Source of the DNA: a virus
Lineage: Duplodnaviria > Heunggongvirae > Uroviricota > Caudoviricetes
IMG/VR virus record: IMGVR_UViG_3300029702_000002
Length of the DNA stretch: 64,000 nucleotides
Reading direction: 5' to 3' (one strand)
This document shows, one piece after another, positions 47,736 through 57,907 of the stretch. Each line of letters opens with the position of its first letter. Positions within the stretch are counted from its first letter, which is position 1. The position numbers and the translations under genes are program-made. Below the pieces are notes generated by a model that made no database searches, was not told the DNA's origin, and saw only the letters and a program-made list of their open reading frames with translations.

Positions 47736-48518
47736 TTAACCTGCGGAGTTAATCGTTACTGACTTAGTAGCCTTCTTAGAACCGCTATTGCTGGTGAAGG
47801 AGATGTTTGCAGTACCCTGCGCCACACCGCGCACAAGACCCGTTTGATCTACCGTGGCCTTTTCCTGGTCTTCGGATTCCCAAACACCGGTTTTGTCTGC
47901 GGCATCAGCTGGAGTGATTTCGGCTGTCAGTTGCACAGTTTCTCCAGCTTTTACGGTTGGAGATTCCGGTTTGATCGACACGGTTTTTACCGGTTTAGGG
48001 CCGCTCATTCTTCCCAGAACGCCTTCGTCATCAGGGTACGCACTGAACTGAACAGAGAACACACGAACATCATCAGACTGGTAAGTCATGGTGAAGTTAC
48101 CTGCGGTCGCAGCTTTCGGGATGGTCAGAACGTAGTCGGTAGTGTCCTGCGGAGTCAGAACCAGCTCTTTGGCTACGTCGATCAGGTTGACACCCTGTGC
48201 GGAAGTGATGGTCACAGCGTTGTCGTCTTCGTTCAGAGTAGACCCCGGCATCAGATCGACCATATTTTTCAACACAGACTCGGCCAGCGGCGCAGTAATG
48301 GTAATGTTACGACCCTGCACCAGCTCGGACATAATTGTCTGCCCGTGCTGGTCGACAGTGACTTTCAGCGTTTCAGTGGCTACTTCAACCTGAACACCAC
48401 CTTTGGTGTAACCCAAATCCACACCACCAAACGACACCTTACAGGCACCAAGTTTGATGTTTTTTACATGGGTATTAGACATTGATGGAAAACTCCTTTT
48501 TCCGTTAATTCTACGCAT
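47736..48518 (-). CDS. major tail tube protein with C-terminal Ig-like (Big_2) domain (lambda gpV-like)
   Basis: 260 aa; C-terminal Ig-like segment (TVKAGETVQLTAEITPADAADKTGVWESEDQEKATVDQTGLVRGVAQGTANISFTS); position upstream of G/GT/TMP. Confidence 0.6.
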   Translation of the reverse strand: MRRINGKRSFPSMSNTHVKNIKLGACKVSFGGVDLGYTKGGVQVEVATETLKVTVDQHGQTIMSELVQGRNITITAPLAESVLKNMVDLMPGSTLNEDDNAVTITSAQGVNLIDVAKELVLTPQDTTDYVLTIPKAATAGNFTMTYQSDDVRVFSVQFSAYPDDEGVLGRMSGPKPVKTVSIKPESPTVKAGETVQLTAEITPADAADKTGVWESEDQEKATVDQTGLVRGVAQGTANISFTSNSGSKKATKSVTINSAG

Positions 48519-48532
48519 TCATTGCGCTAATA

Positions 48533-48548
48533 GTAAGTATATACTTAC
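48533..48548. promoter_or_regulatory. perfect 16-bp palindrome GTAAGTATATACTTAC upstream of the major tail gene
   Basis: Exact palindrome 15-30 nt upstream of the minus-strand start at 48518; motif-family member. Confidence 0.5.
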
Positions 48549-48556
48549 CGATTAAC

Positions 48557-49063
48557 TTAATTCAATAAATAGCCAGCAAATTCAACAGGAATGCCTGCTT
48601 CTATTAATGCTCCATCATTTTTGGGATAAATGATTGGCATCGCAATCGGTCGTACCAGTCGAAAATAAACACCACCAGATTCCGTTTCCTCTACTGGAAA
48701 CATCTCAATGATTTTATTGGCTTTCTCAACCGTCGTAGTAATTGACGAACCACGCACAATGATTGTGAATGATTCGTGATAAAAGCCCTGTAGCTCATGA
48801 TCGATGCTGATACCGGTATTTGGGTTAATAAGCAGGACGCCAGATTTCACATTGGCAGGCAAGTAGTGACAGAAAATGTCAGTCCCGACCGTGCCAATCT
48901 TTGCCTTCTGCATCAAACTTGCAAACGCTTCAATAAACACATTAACCTCTCGTAAATCCGGCTTTTCTGGCAGCCTCAAGAATCGCTTCTGAGAACTGCT
49001 TCTCGCTAATTTCCACCGCTCTTTCCAGAAAGTGTGGCCCAACACGGGGTTTAACACCGGCAA
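48557..49063 (-). CDS. head-tail joining / tail completion protein candidate
   Basis: ORF track; overlaps the upstream ORF by about 120 nt, so the true start may be the internal ATG at 48913. Confidence 0.4.
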   Translation of the reverse strand: MPVLNPVLGHTFWKERWKLARSSSQKRFLRLPEKPDLREVNVFIEAFASLMQKAKIGTVGTDIFCHYLPANVKSGVLLINPNTGISIDHELQGFYHESFTIIVRGSSITTTVEKANKIIEMFPVEETESGGVYFRLVRPIAMPIIYPKNDGALIEAGIPVEFAGYLLN

Positions 49064-49415
49064 TTGGTGGGTTTGTCACGTTCTTCATTCGAGAAAGATA
49101 ACCGAGTCGGTATTTACCCAGCTCCATGTACTTAGCATAGTCACCTACTTCTACGCCCGGATGCCCCTGACGTGGTTTTGCTCCAGACACAGAAAGCTCA
49201 ATACGCAGCCCTGAATAACCTTCTTTAATCACCCTGGCAAAGATGGCTGTCTCCAGAGATCCGGTTTCCAGCGGGGCCATTGCACGGCTGAGGCGCTCAA
49301 CCAAACGCGCCAGCTTTTCCATGTCCCGAATAAGATATCGCTTAAATGCTTTCTGGCTGTTGTTGAGTCTATTCCCCGCACGTTTGAACTGATGCGCATC
49401 GTATTTCAGACCCAT
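48942..49415 (-). CDS. head-tail connector protein candidate (157 aa)
   Basis: ORF track; position in the morphogenesis block. Confidence 0.45.
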   Translation of the reverse strand: MGLKYDAHQFKRAGNRLNNSQKAFKRYLIRDMEKLARLVERLSRAMAPLETGSLETAIFARVIKEGYSGLRIELSVSGAKPRQGHPGVEVGDYAKYMELGKYRLGYLSRMKNVTNPPIAGVKPRVGPHFLERAVEISEKQFSEAILEAARKAGFTRG

Positions 49416-49846
49416 ATATTCGCCCCTACTTCAAGATGCCCAGGTCTTCCTCGTAGCCCCCAGCGGCGATGAACACTGGACACCTTTAATTTTTGACCTT
49501 CAAGGATCAGTACATCATCAAGTTGTACAGCCGCTTCTAAAGGGACAACTAACACAGCATCAAACAGCTCCAGACTCGCCTTACCACGACTACCAGAGCT
49601 ATCAGCACGAACTGACGATTTCTCATTACTCTGTTCGAACTTAACCACGCCGACATTCGTCTTCCTGACGAATTGTAATTGCGCCTCACCGTAAACGTTC
49701 TTTGCGCCAAAGCGGTAGATCGCAATTTCTGTTTGCCATGAAATATTCATGCTCTCTCCCTGTTGTTGTCGGTCGCTCTCATTACTGGCCAAAAAACCTT
49801 TCGACCAAAAGTAAATAATGCGACTGGCGTTACGCACGGCGAACAA
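49406..49846 (-). CDS. head-tail connector protein candidate (146 aa)
   Basis: ORF track; position in the morphogenesis block. Confidence 0.45.
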   Translation of the reverse strand: MFAVRNASRIIYFWSKGFLASNESDRQQQGESMNISWQTEIAIYRFGAKNVYGEAQLQFVRKTNVGVVKFEQSNEKSSVRADSSGSRGKASLELFDAVLVVPLEAAVQLDDVLILEGQKLKVSSVHRRWGLRGRPGHLEVGANIWV

Positions 49847-50663
49847 TCATACGGTTGTTGATGTAACTGACCAGCAAGCGCCAGGTACTACGAGCCACAT
49901 GCACGTTTGCAGCTTTACCGGTACGGTACATGTTGGTTGTTTCACCGATGGACTCTGACAAAATGCCATCCTCTCGTGCTGCGGCTACATCATTGCCATT
50001 TGCGATCTCACACGCTTCGTTGACAACGGCAAGCATCAACGCTTCTTTGAAGTAGTCAGGGAACTCTTCAAACTTCTCCTGCGTCATCTTTTCCCAATCG
50101 ACTAAATCATGCCGGTACGCTCCATCTGCTCCCCACGGAATGTCATACACATTCAGCATATTTTGAGGGCGATCGTATCGGTCAAAGTCGATACGTAGAA
50201 TTTTGCGGATTGAGAACGGTAAAGTTTTAATTCGTCTGGTAGCCTCAATGAGACGCTTGCGCATTAAGCCTTCACCATCCGACAGCAAAGTGTCCCCATT
50301 CAGCATATCGATCGCCTGCATTTGAGCATCAGCGACAGTTGCAAACGACTGTTCTGGTATCGACAGTTCAAAACTATTCAGCAGAACATACATTTGCCGC
50401 TCTTCATGCGTCAGACCCGATGCAACAGCCTTCACAATGACGTACCGCAGATCTCGCTCTTTCTCAGAGAGCTGGTTATATTCAGCCGACACGACAACCG
50501 GAATCGACATTTGACCGATGGTAATTTCTAGCGGCTCGCCATCAACGAGAATAGCCCCGGTGCTGTCCTTTACTGTGTAGGTGGCAGATTCGATATCCAG
50601 CACGTTGAAGGCAAATGAAAGAGAAACAGCTTCACCGCTACGATACGAGTCGATCTGCGCCAT
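49830..50663 (-). CDS. structural protein candidate (277 aa)
   Basis: ORF track; coupled to neighbours (1-nt and 17-nt overlaps). Confidence 0.5.
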   Translation of the reverse strand: MAQIDSYRSGEAVSLSFAFNVLDIESATYTVKDSTGAILVDGEPLEITIGQMSIPVVVSAEYNQLSEKERDLRYVIVKAVASGLTHEERQMYVLLNSFELSIPEQSFATVADAQMQAIDMLNGDTLLSDGEGLMRKRLIEATRRIKTLPFSIRKILRIDFDRYDRPQNMLNVYDIPWGADGAYRHDLVDWEKMTQEKFEEFPDYFKEALMLAVVNEACEIANGNDVAAAREDGILSESIGETTNMYRTGKAANVHVARSTWRLLVSYINNRMIVRRA

Positions 50664-51097
50664 TACTCACCGCCTTGTGCTTTCAGGATGCCGTCAATCA
50701 TTTCGACAATTCCTTTCGCTTTGACACCAACCTGATTACCAATAACTCGTAGACCGGCAATACCTTCGTTGTCTGCAATTGACTCCAGCTCTTCTCGTGT
50801 GAAAGTCTGGATCTGTTTGGCCGGTTCATCTGGTGTCCCACGTTTCATTGGCACAATGTCAGGCGCTGCTGGCTCGGTAATCAGGTCTGCTGTCAATTCA
50901 CCACGATCACTGTATGCGGCAGACGGAGAAACATTTTTGCCCTCTACTGTTGACGCTCGCATTGAAGCACAAATCCTTTGCTGATCGATAAAAGGCAACT
51001 CCGCTACGGACACCCCGTTCTCGAACTGAACGCCGCACAACATTCCCGAATAACCGGAAAATTGCGGTTCTAATAAAACAATTTTTGCTGGTTTCAT
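50663..51097 (-). CDS. structural protein candidate (144 aa)
   Basis: ORF track; position in the morphogenesis block. Confidence 0.45.
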   Translation of the reverse strand: MKPAKIVLLEPQFSGYSGMLCGVQFENGVSVAELPFIDQQRICASMRASTVEGKNVSPSAAYSDRGELTADLITEPAAPDIVPMKRGTPDEPAKQIQTFTREELESIADNEGIAGLRVIGNQVGVKAKGIVEMIDGILKAQGGE

Positions 51098-51141
51098 AAC
51101 GCATTCTCTCTACATGGGCGGCTTTCGCCGCCCAATATTGA

Positions 51142-52062
51142 TTATTCCTGTGCAGCAGTGACTTCTACGGTCGCTGTCGCTTTGTGGCTACCATCTTGGG
51201 TAGTAACCTCGATTGTGGCAGTACCAGCCGCAACACCAGTTACAACACCGGTTTCGCTGTCAACCGTTGCAAACTCGGTATTTTTAGATTCCCAAGTAAC
51301 GGTTTTATTTGTGGCTCCTGCCGGCTCGACATTTGCTGTCAGCTGAACAGTTTTGTTTGCCTCAACGGTTGTGCTATTTGGGTCGATTTCGACGCCGGTA
51401 ACAGCCACAACAGGCGCAGTTACTTCCACCGTTGCAGTTGCCTTTTTGCTACCATCTTGGGAAACGATCTCAATCGTCGCAGTGCCAACTTCTACACCAG
51501 TTACGTTCCCGCTCTGGTCTACCGTTGCCTTATCTTCATTTTTGGAAGACCAGGTAACAGCCTTATTCGTCGCATTTGACGGCTGAACATTCGCTTTCAG
51601 ACTGACTGATTTTCCTTTCTCAACAGAGGTTGAGTCTGGCGTTACCGTTACGGATTGAACGGCTACCGGATTTACGGTGACTTCCACTGAAGCGGAAAGC
51701 TGGGTTTCCTGATCAGTTGCAGTAATTTTTACTTTACCTGGGGCTACGCCAGTTACTAATCCAGTGCCGTTAACGGTTGCAATTTGGTCATTGGCTGACT
51801 TCCAGGTGAATGAACTGGCACTCTTACCCATACTAATACCTGCACTAAGTTGAACAGTTTTCCCAACCAAAACTGACGGTGAAGCCGGGGTTATGTTTAC
51901 GGATTGGGAGAGGGGAACCGCCTGCAAACAAGCAGATAGCTGACTTTGTTGCCGCTCGGTTAAAGGTTCATCGGAGATAGAATTGGTAAATCCGGCACGG
52001 CACATATGCCCCGTAAAATCCGAAAATGCCTCTTCCGTAATCTTCATCTTTTGTTCTGGCAT
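51142..52062 (-). CDS. Ig-like (Big_2) repeat protein, candidate capsid decoration protein
   Basis: 306 aa; three tandem Ig-like units (for example VTVTPDSTSVEKGKSVSLKANVQPSNATNKAVTWSS... and VEIDPNSTTVEANKTVQLTANVEPAGATNKTVTWES...); AGGAG RBS. Confidence 0.55.
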   Translation of the reverse strand: MPEQKMKITEEAFSDFTGHMCRAGFTNSISDEPLTERQQSQLSACLQAVPLSQSVNITPASPSVLVGKTVQLSAGISMGKSASSFTWKSANDQIATVNGTGLVTGVAPGKVKITATDQETQLSASVEVTVNPVAVQSVTVTPDSTSVEKGKSVSLKANVQPSNATNKAVTWSSKNEDKATVDQSGNVTGVEVGTATIEIVSQDGSKKATATVEVTAPVVAVTGVEIDPNSTTVEANKTVQLTANVEPAGATNKTVTWESKNTEFATVDSETGVVTGVAAGTATIEVTTQDGSHKATATVEVTAAQE

Positions 52063-52074
52063 TTCTCGCTCCTA

Positions 52075-52101
52075 CAAAAAGGGTGGGCGTATAGCCCACC
52101 C
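52075..52101 (-). terminator. rho-independent terminator downstream of the major capsid gene
   Basis: gggtgggc-tatac-gcccaccc hairpin on the minus strand followed by TTTTTG; strong candidate attenuator after the most highly expressed structural gene. Confidence 0.65.
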
Positions 52102-52135
52102 TTTAACATAGATAACTACTTATCTACTACACTGA

Positions 52136-53011
52136 TTAAATTTTTACATTGGTCAGTGCAGCGATAGCCTTATCGTGCTTATTCGCCAGAGAGCAGTACC
52201 ACTTCACACGGGTACGTACTGCGTCTTTGTTCTGTACAGTACCAATGTTTTCAACAACGATACCTGCGTTGTCGCCGCCATACAGACCAGTAACGCCGTT
52301 CTCTTCTGACAGATGCAGGCAGTAGATGCTTGCTTTGCCAGAATCGGTCGGGATGAAGTCGTTGATGATGAACGGAACGCCGTTATGACACAGCATCGGA
52401 CGACCGAAGTTCTCCATCATGATTTCAGACGGACCTACGTTTACTGTACGCAGCAGCGCACGGTAAGCACGCAGGTGCTCTGAACGCATCATGATGCAGT
52501 CAGCACCAAGATCTTTCACCGCATCGACCAGTTCGTCGAACATAGAGAAAGTCATAGATGCACCGGCGATATCGATCTTCTGATCTGCGTGCATCAGGCG
52601 TGGAATGCCGTCAAACGCCTTGTTGTTGGAGCTGGAGTCACCCAAAATCAGGTTGCGACGGAACGCACGAGCCAGACCTTTAACTTTCTGACGAACCTGA
52701 ATAGCCAACTGGTTGTTGGTGTCGGCCATAGTGGTCGCCAGGAATTTATCAACGTCTACGTCACCAGCCAGAATACGCAGTTTCGCAACGCATTCTTCGA
52801 AGGTTGCTGCACCTTCAGGGATGGTGTCGTTAACGTCGATGAAGGTAGCTTCACTCAGCGTTTTTTCACGGTTGTACAGATATGCCTTTGAATTAATTTT
52901 CATAAAAGGCAGGATGGCAAACAGGTCATCGCGATCGATGATAGTTTCGATCACACCCTGTTCAAGTTCGTTGTTAGACAGCTTTTCAGCTTCTTCACGC
53001 AGTAATGGCAT
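52136..53011 (-). CDS. major capsid protein (HK97-fold candidate)
   Basis: 291 aa; immediately downstream of the scaffold-like gene and followed by a strong terminator; assignment by position and size. Confidence 0.55.
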   Translation of the reverse strand: MPLLREEAEKLSNNELEQGVIETIIDRDDLFAILPFMKINSKAYLYNREKTLSEATFIDVNDTIPEGAATFEECVAKLRILAGDVDVDKFLATTMADTNNQLAIQVRQKVKGLARAFRRNLILGDSSSNNKAFDGIPRLMHADQKIDIAGASMTFSMFDELVDAVKDLGADCIMMRSEHLRAYRALLRTVNVGPSEIMMENFGRPMLCHNGVPFIINDFIPTDSGKASIYCLHLSEENGVTGLYGGDNAGIVVENIGTVQNKDAVRTRVKWYCSLANKHDKAIAALTNVKI

Positions 53012-53036
53012 CTATCAATTCCCTTTGATTTAGATG

Positions 53037-53924
53037 TTACTTAAGTCCAATTTTCCCCAGACCGGAGGCCAACTTATCCATAGTCGACTTGTTCTTCGGT
53101 TGGGATATTGTGTAGGTCGATTTGGAATGTGAGCCTACACCCTGCTTGGCTTCGCTACGCATCAATGCGTCAGCTTCCGGATCTGCCCGCACAATGCGTT
53201 CAATCGCGGATTCAAACGGCAACGGCTTACCTTCACCGTCAACCAGAACAGCTCGTTCTTTATGACCTGCCGGTTTGTCATAACCCACTACGCTACCGTC
53301 TTCACCCACTTCAAAATGAGAACCGTAGATCACGCGGGCTTTTGCCGGGGTCATCAGAACTTTGTCACGTAGGAAGAGAGAGTTACTGAAGGAAGCGCCC
53401 ACGGTCATCTCGACTAATTGAGATTTCAGTGATGCGTTTTCACTTTCCAGTGCTGCATAACGTTCGTCACGCTGTGCCAGCTCTGCCTGGTGTGCTTCGA
53501 TCATCTGTTTTTTAACAGCATCGAACTCACCACGACGCTCCAGTTCAGCTTGCTCCGCCTCACGACGTGCGTTTTCTGCGGCCTGTTCAGCTTCTAAAAG
53601 CTGGCGAGCACGAGCCGGATCGATATCACCGTACTGAGCAAGCTGATCGGCCAATGTGCGCTCTTTCTCTTTGCGCTTCATGTTCTCCTTCAGCAGTTCA
53701 GCACCAGCTTTCTTGGTTTTACGAAGTTCGGCCAGTAACTCTTCCTGAGTCATGCCAGCGTATTCGTCATCGCCCTTCGGCTGCTCTTTTTGTTCACCCT
53801 GTTTGTCAGGATCTTGTGTACTCTGCTCATTATCAGCAGCTACACCGCCAGCGCCTCCACGCTCATGCGCTTCAGCGACATCCATCAGACCACGACGGGC
53901 CAAAAGCATTTGCCACAGATTCAT
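53037..53924 (-). CDS. scaffolding protein
   Basis: 295 aa; highly charged, Ala/Glu/Arg/Gln-rich helical core (EAEQAAENARREAEQAELERR...) typical of scaffolds; between portal and capsid genes. Confidence 0.55.
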   Translation of the reverse strand: MNLWQMLLARRGLMDVAEAHERGGAGGVAADNEQSTQDPDKQGEQKEQPKGDDEYAGMTQEELLAELRKTKKAGAELLKENMKRKEKERTLADQLAQYGDIDPARARQLLEAEQAAENARREAEQAELERRGEFDAVKKQMIEAHQAELAQRDERYAALESENASLKSQLVEMTVGASFSNSLFLRDKVLMTPAKARVIYGSHFEVGEDGSVVGYDKPAGHKERAVLVDGEGKPLPFESAIERIVRADPEADALMRSEAKQGVGSHSKSTYTISQPKNKSTMDKLASGLGKIGLK

Positions 53925-53945
53925 AAAAATTCCTTTTGTTACTTA

Positions 53946-55520
53946 TCACTCGTTCTCTTGAGTAGATGAGTCCCCATTCCCTCGGGGTTGATCTTGCCCG
54001 CTTTCTTGGGCTGCACCACGATCATAAGTAAGTACTGACTTATTTTCAAGGGTATTTAGATCATTTTTTGGAGGAAAATTCAAGAGATCTTTATCAAATT
54101 CCTTTTTCATCGCCTCAGTAATGTTCGGGAAAATCTTCTCAATAAGCATTTCCATCTGGTGACGACGTACAGAGTCCGGTGCCTGAAGTAATGACAGTTT
54201 CTCGGCAACAGAAAATTCATCAGTAAGGCCACGAATATCGAAACTTTCTGGATACGCAATTAAAGAGTGGTCTTCGTCCAGATCTACCCCCATCCATTTC
54301 GCAACCAGTAGCATGATTTGGCGTTCAGCCCTTTCCAGACGCTCTGCTTTTGTGACAAGCAAGCTATTTACACGCTGGAAGTCATACATTTTTGCGGCAC
54401 CAGATGAATTATCGATTCCCTGTGCGTTGTCCTGCTTCGTTCGCTCACCAGCTACACCAACTGAATGGTAGATTTCGTTAATCACCGTCTTAATCGTAGT
54501 GATGATCATCTGAGCTTGTTTCGGGTCTGGTGACAGATAAAACGGCTGGTTTCCACCTTCAGAATCGTAGGTGAAGACTCGCTTTGTGCCCATTTCAAGC
54601 ACTTTAGTGTGGTTTTCATCACCAGGTAAAAGCGACTGTACCGGTATAGCCAACTGGCTAAATGTCTGATCCTGAATAATGGCATCAAGGTTTGACAGAT
54701 AGTTTGCAACCGCACGATCAAGATAAGCGATATCATCGATCAACGATGGGCTGAAATACGGTGATTCACTTTCTCCAATACAATCAACAGGAAACACAGG
54801 AACTACGCCGAGATTATGCTCACCGCTATCCTCTAAAATAACTTTTGCCTGACGGCGACCTGCTCCACCAGCGCCCTTCTTCACTTCCTCACGGAACAGA
54901 TACCACTCGTTTTGTGTCCACAGACGATAACGTTGGTATTCCTGACCTGTAGAAGTAAAAGGATCTGCGTCATCACGAGCGACTTCCACAATTAACGCCC
55001 ACAACATATTCCCGTCGTCGTCCCATGCCACATCCAGCATTTGCTGAGGTGAAATCCAGTAGGCGTAGGCGCGAGCATCTTTCTTTTTCTCGTCAGCTAC
55101 TGACTCAACATCACCACTCATCGTGCTATCGACAACAACCCATATGCGACCGTAAATAGACGACTGCAAATCAATAGCGGCCATAAATGAGTCAATAGAG
55201 GCATTCTGGCGAGTCGCACGTTTCCAGAAATTGCGGATCTGCTCTGGTGCCTCTTCGATATTTCTATGAATGTCTTCTTTAAAGAGATATTTGTTGATGA
55301 GGTTTACCACCTCACGAGTGTGGTTGAAGCGATAAGCACGCTCAACTCGCTCCTTAAACTCCTGATCTCCCTCTTTAAAGTAACGAAAGATATTGTCTGT
55401 AAACCAACCACGCCCGCCAGCGTAAGTGCTGGCGAGGAAGTCCCAATGTTCTTTTTTCTTTTCGTATTCCGGGTGGCGTCGCGCCACCAGATCCTTAATT
55501 TGTTTGTCGTTCAATTCCAT
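53946..55520 (-). CDS. portal protein
   Basis: 524 aa; directly downstream of terminase large subunit; acidic C-terminus; assignment by position and size. Confidence 0.6.
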   Translation of the reverse strand: MELNDKQIKDLVARRHPEYEKKKEHWDFLASTYAGGRGWFTDNIFRYFKEGDQEFKERVERAYRFNHTREVVNLINKYLFKEDIHRNIEEAPEQIRNFWKRATRQNASIDSFMAAIDLQSSIYGRIWVVVDSTMSGDVESVADEKKKDARAYAYWISPQQMLDVAWDDDGNMLWALIVEVARDDADPFTSTGQEYQRYRLWTQNEWYLFREEVKKGAGGAGRRQAKVILEDSGEHNLGVVPVFPVDCIGESESPYFSPSLIDDIAYLDRAVANYLSNLDAIIQDQTFSQLAIPVQSLLPGDENHTKVLEMGTKRVFTYDSEGGNQPFYLSPDPKQAQMIITTIKTVINEIYHSVGVAGERTKQDNAQGIDNSSGAAKMYDFQRVNSLLVTKAERLERAERQIMLLVAKWMGVDLDEDHSLIAYPESFDIRGLTDEFSVAEKLSLLQAPDSVRRHQMEMLIEKIFPNITEAMKKEFDKDLLNFPPKNDLNTLENKSVLTYDRGAAQESGQDQPRGNGDSSTQENE

Positions 55521-55533
55521 TTGAATAACCTTA

Positions 55534-55551
55534 GATAATTACTTACCTATC
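55534..55551. promoter_or_regulatory. intergenic motif GATAATTACTTACCTATC upstream of the portal gene
   Basis: Motif-family member 14-30 nt upstream of the minus-strand start at 55520. Confidence 0.4.
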
Positions 55552-56803
55552 GAGAACCACCAAGAATAACACGGTTTTTGACTGGATACCTACGATGTAC
55601 TGGATAGCCCAATGCGTCTGCACTATGCTCAATGCCACCTGTCTTATCCATATCTCGTGTTCCAGGCTTGTAGATGACTTTTTCCAGTGAATCAATCAAA
55701 TGCTTGCACTTCGGATCGATATACAACCGGATATCTCCAGATGCGGTCATCAGCATTCGGTTAACAGCATTAACACGATCCGCAATTGGCGGGTGCTTTT
55801 TCGAATAATCGACACGTAAGAATCCCTTCTCTTTGAATATGTCGACGTCAGACTCCCCGCGAGCATGTTGGCGATAAGCACCTGCCGGATCTGGAAATAC
55901 CGTTATCTGTGATTTCCAGCGCCAGAAGCGTCTCTCAAGCTCATCACAAACCTCTGCCGTGTTAGAGGAAAAGAGCACCAATTCATCAATTGCCCATAGC
56001 TCACCATTTGGCTGAGGTTGCAAAATTACTGAAGACATCGGGTCAATGTTGAAGTCCTGCCCTACCCATATAGGCAACCGAGGGTTGAACTGAAGCGGTT
56101 TTACATGCACGTTACGATCGAACGGGTAGTAAACGCGCCCGGACATGTTCTCAAAGCTCGCCAGGTACTCCTGAGCGAACGATTTCGGGTCCATATCGTT
56201 CTTAGCAGCTTCAATTTCCGCCGTAGGCACAAACGGAGAATCGGCAGTTACAAACTGCCAGCTCTTCCACTGTCCCTTTCTTTGCAGCTCTACGTTCTGG
56301 CCTATAGTCCACAGTTTGTGAAATTCCGAGAAACCTTTTGGCGTACCAATGATCAGTGCACCGCCGCGTGTCGATGAAAGAGTAGGTCGTAACACCTTGT
56401 ACCAGGTGTCAGCCTTCATATCCTGAAATTCATCAAGCACTACAAAATGCAACGCTACGCCGCGCAGAGTGTCAGGCTTATCAGCACCTTTGAGGGCGAT
56501 CTCCGAACCGTTCTTCAACACGATTGTCATCGTGGTGTCGTTCTTTTTCCTAACCCACTTACGAGGCAGAACTTCCTGTAGATCGTCCCACAAAATCTGG
56601 CGAGCCATCTGGTAAGTAGGAGCGACATACCAGACCCTTTGCTTTTTTTCCTTTGCCGCCGCACGAATAATAGTGGAGATCGACAACCGGGATTTTCCCC
56701 AGCGTCGACCAGCACAAACAACTTTAAATCGATGCGGAGACTGGAAGACTTTCATCTGTCCAGAATGCAGTTGCACAAGACTGAGCGAGGACGGGATTGC
56801 CAT
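55547..56803 (-). CDS. terminase large subunit
   Basis: 418 aa; N-terminal Walker A-like VVCAGRRWGKSRLS; Walker B-like HFVVLDEFQD; start overlaps the small-subunit stop. Confidence 0.7.
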   Translation of the reverse strand: MAIPSSLSLVQLHSGQMKVFQSPHRFKVVCAGRRWGKSRLSISTIIRAAAKEKKQRVWYVAPTYQMARQILWDDLQEVLPRKWVRKKNDTTMTIVLKNGSEIALKGADKPDTLRGVALHFVVLDEFQDMKADTWYKVLRPTLSSTRGGALIIGTPKGFSEFHKLWTIGQNVELQRKGQWKSWQFVTADSPFVPTAEIEAAKNDMDPKSFAQEYLASFENMSGRVYYPFDRNVHVKPLQFNPRLPIWVGQDFNIDPMSSVILQPQPNGELWAIDELVLFSSNTAEVCDELERRFWRWKSQITVFPDPAGAYRQHARGESDVDIFKEKGFLRVDYSKKHPPIADRVNAVNRMLMTASGDIRLYIDPKCKHLIDSLEKVIYKPGTRDMDKTGGIEHSADALGYPVHRRYPVKNRVILGGSR

Positions 56804-57435
56804 TATTCGTCCTCCCCTTCACTTCCATCATCTGTCGCATCAAATTCGCTTAGAGCTTCTTCTTCCAACGTCTCAAGCAATTCGTCATCGATGATTTCAG
56901 GCTCGTCGTCTTCCTGACGTAATTTCGCCACCTGGGAAGGCGTAAGCTCACCAAATACCAGGTTCGGAATTTCTTCCTCGTCATTTTCCGCATGATCCAT
57001 GCCCAATGCTTTGGACGAAACTTCAAAGCATTTTGCAAGGGTATTACTGGCTCTCTGTAAGCTCTTGAGAGAATCCTCAATCGCCCCTAAAGGCTTACCC
57101 TCACGTTTGGCCGTAGTGACTTCGACCATCACCATCTGCCCCAACGCATACGCCCAGCCGTCATAACGTGTACGACGTTCTTCTATCTTTTCCGCACGGG
57201 CTTTAGCGCGAAGCTCTGCGTCAGATTTAAGAGACTCACGAACCATCTTCCCAACAGAGTCCGCGCCTTTCTCTAATCCTCGCTTTTTGAAATGTCTGGA
57301 GAGTGTTTCACGACGAATGCCGTACTCTTCCTCCAGCTTTGAGAGTGTATATTCGCCTGACGTCCATTTGGCTTCAGCTTCGGCCCACTCCGCTGGTGTC
57401 AGGCGAGTTTTTACCTCGTCTTTTTCGACCGTCAT
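56803..57435 (-). CDS. terminase small subunit (DNA-binding)
   Basis: 210 aa; N-terminal HTH-like region (LSKLEEEYGIRRETLSRHFKKRG); acidic C-terminus; coupled to the large subunit. Confidence 0.5.
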   Translation of the reverse strand: MTVEKDEVKTRLTPAEWAEAEAKWTSGEYTLSKLEEEYGIRRETLSRHFKKRGLEKGADSVGKMVRESLKSDAELRAKARAEKIEERRTRYDGWAYALGQMVMVEVTTAKREGKPLGAIEDSLKSLQRASNTLAKCFEVSSKALGMDHAENDEEEIPNLVFGELTPSQVAKLRQEDDEPEIIDDELLETLEEEALSEFDATDDGSEGEDE

Positions 57436-57552
57436 AGATCCCTCTAAAACACACAGAGCGCGTCCATGCGCTCTAAAACAACTTGTTTACTGCATTTTCT
57501 AACCAACTTGTTTTCTGGGTTGTTTAATTAGGTCTGGGCATGTCTTATTAAG

Positions 57553-57607
57553 CCTGCTTCCGTATATATTTAATAAGTTACTTATTATTTATATATACAG
57601 AAGCAGG
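57553..57607. repeat. 55-bp palindromic element, copy 2 of 2
   Basis: Identical to 26257-26311; lies 118 bp upstream of the terminase small-subunit start. Confidence 0.85.
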
Positions 57608-57631
57608 TCTTTAAATAAGCTCCCAGACCGA

Positions 57632-57898
57632 TTACATCACCAGTAACTTCGCTTTGGCTCGACCTAAAGTGGTTAACCCAAGAGTTCGGCGGTGATAGCG
57701 ATTGTCACTGCGTTGGCGCGTATGCCCTTTCTCCACAAGCCCCTTTTTTATCAGAGCGCGAATTGAGAACTGGATACTTTGCTTGGTTGTCTTGTACGGC
57801 AAAACTTCAAGCAATTCGTCCAGATCAAGTAGATGACCTCGCTCATAACCGAGATTGAGCGTTTTGATGATGTCCTTTTGTTTATCGGTTAACGTCAT
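57632..57898 (-). CDS. hypothetical protein (88 aa)
   Basis: ORF track; basic C-terminus. Confidence 0.4.
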   Translation of the reverse strand: MTLTDKQKDIIKTLNLGYERGHLLDLDELLEVLPYKTTKQSIQFSIRALIKKGLVEKGHTRQRSDNRYHRRTLGLTTLGRAKAKLLVM

Positions 57899-57907
57899 GG
57901 CAAATCC

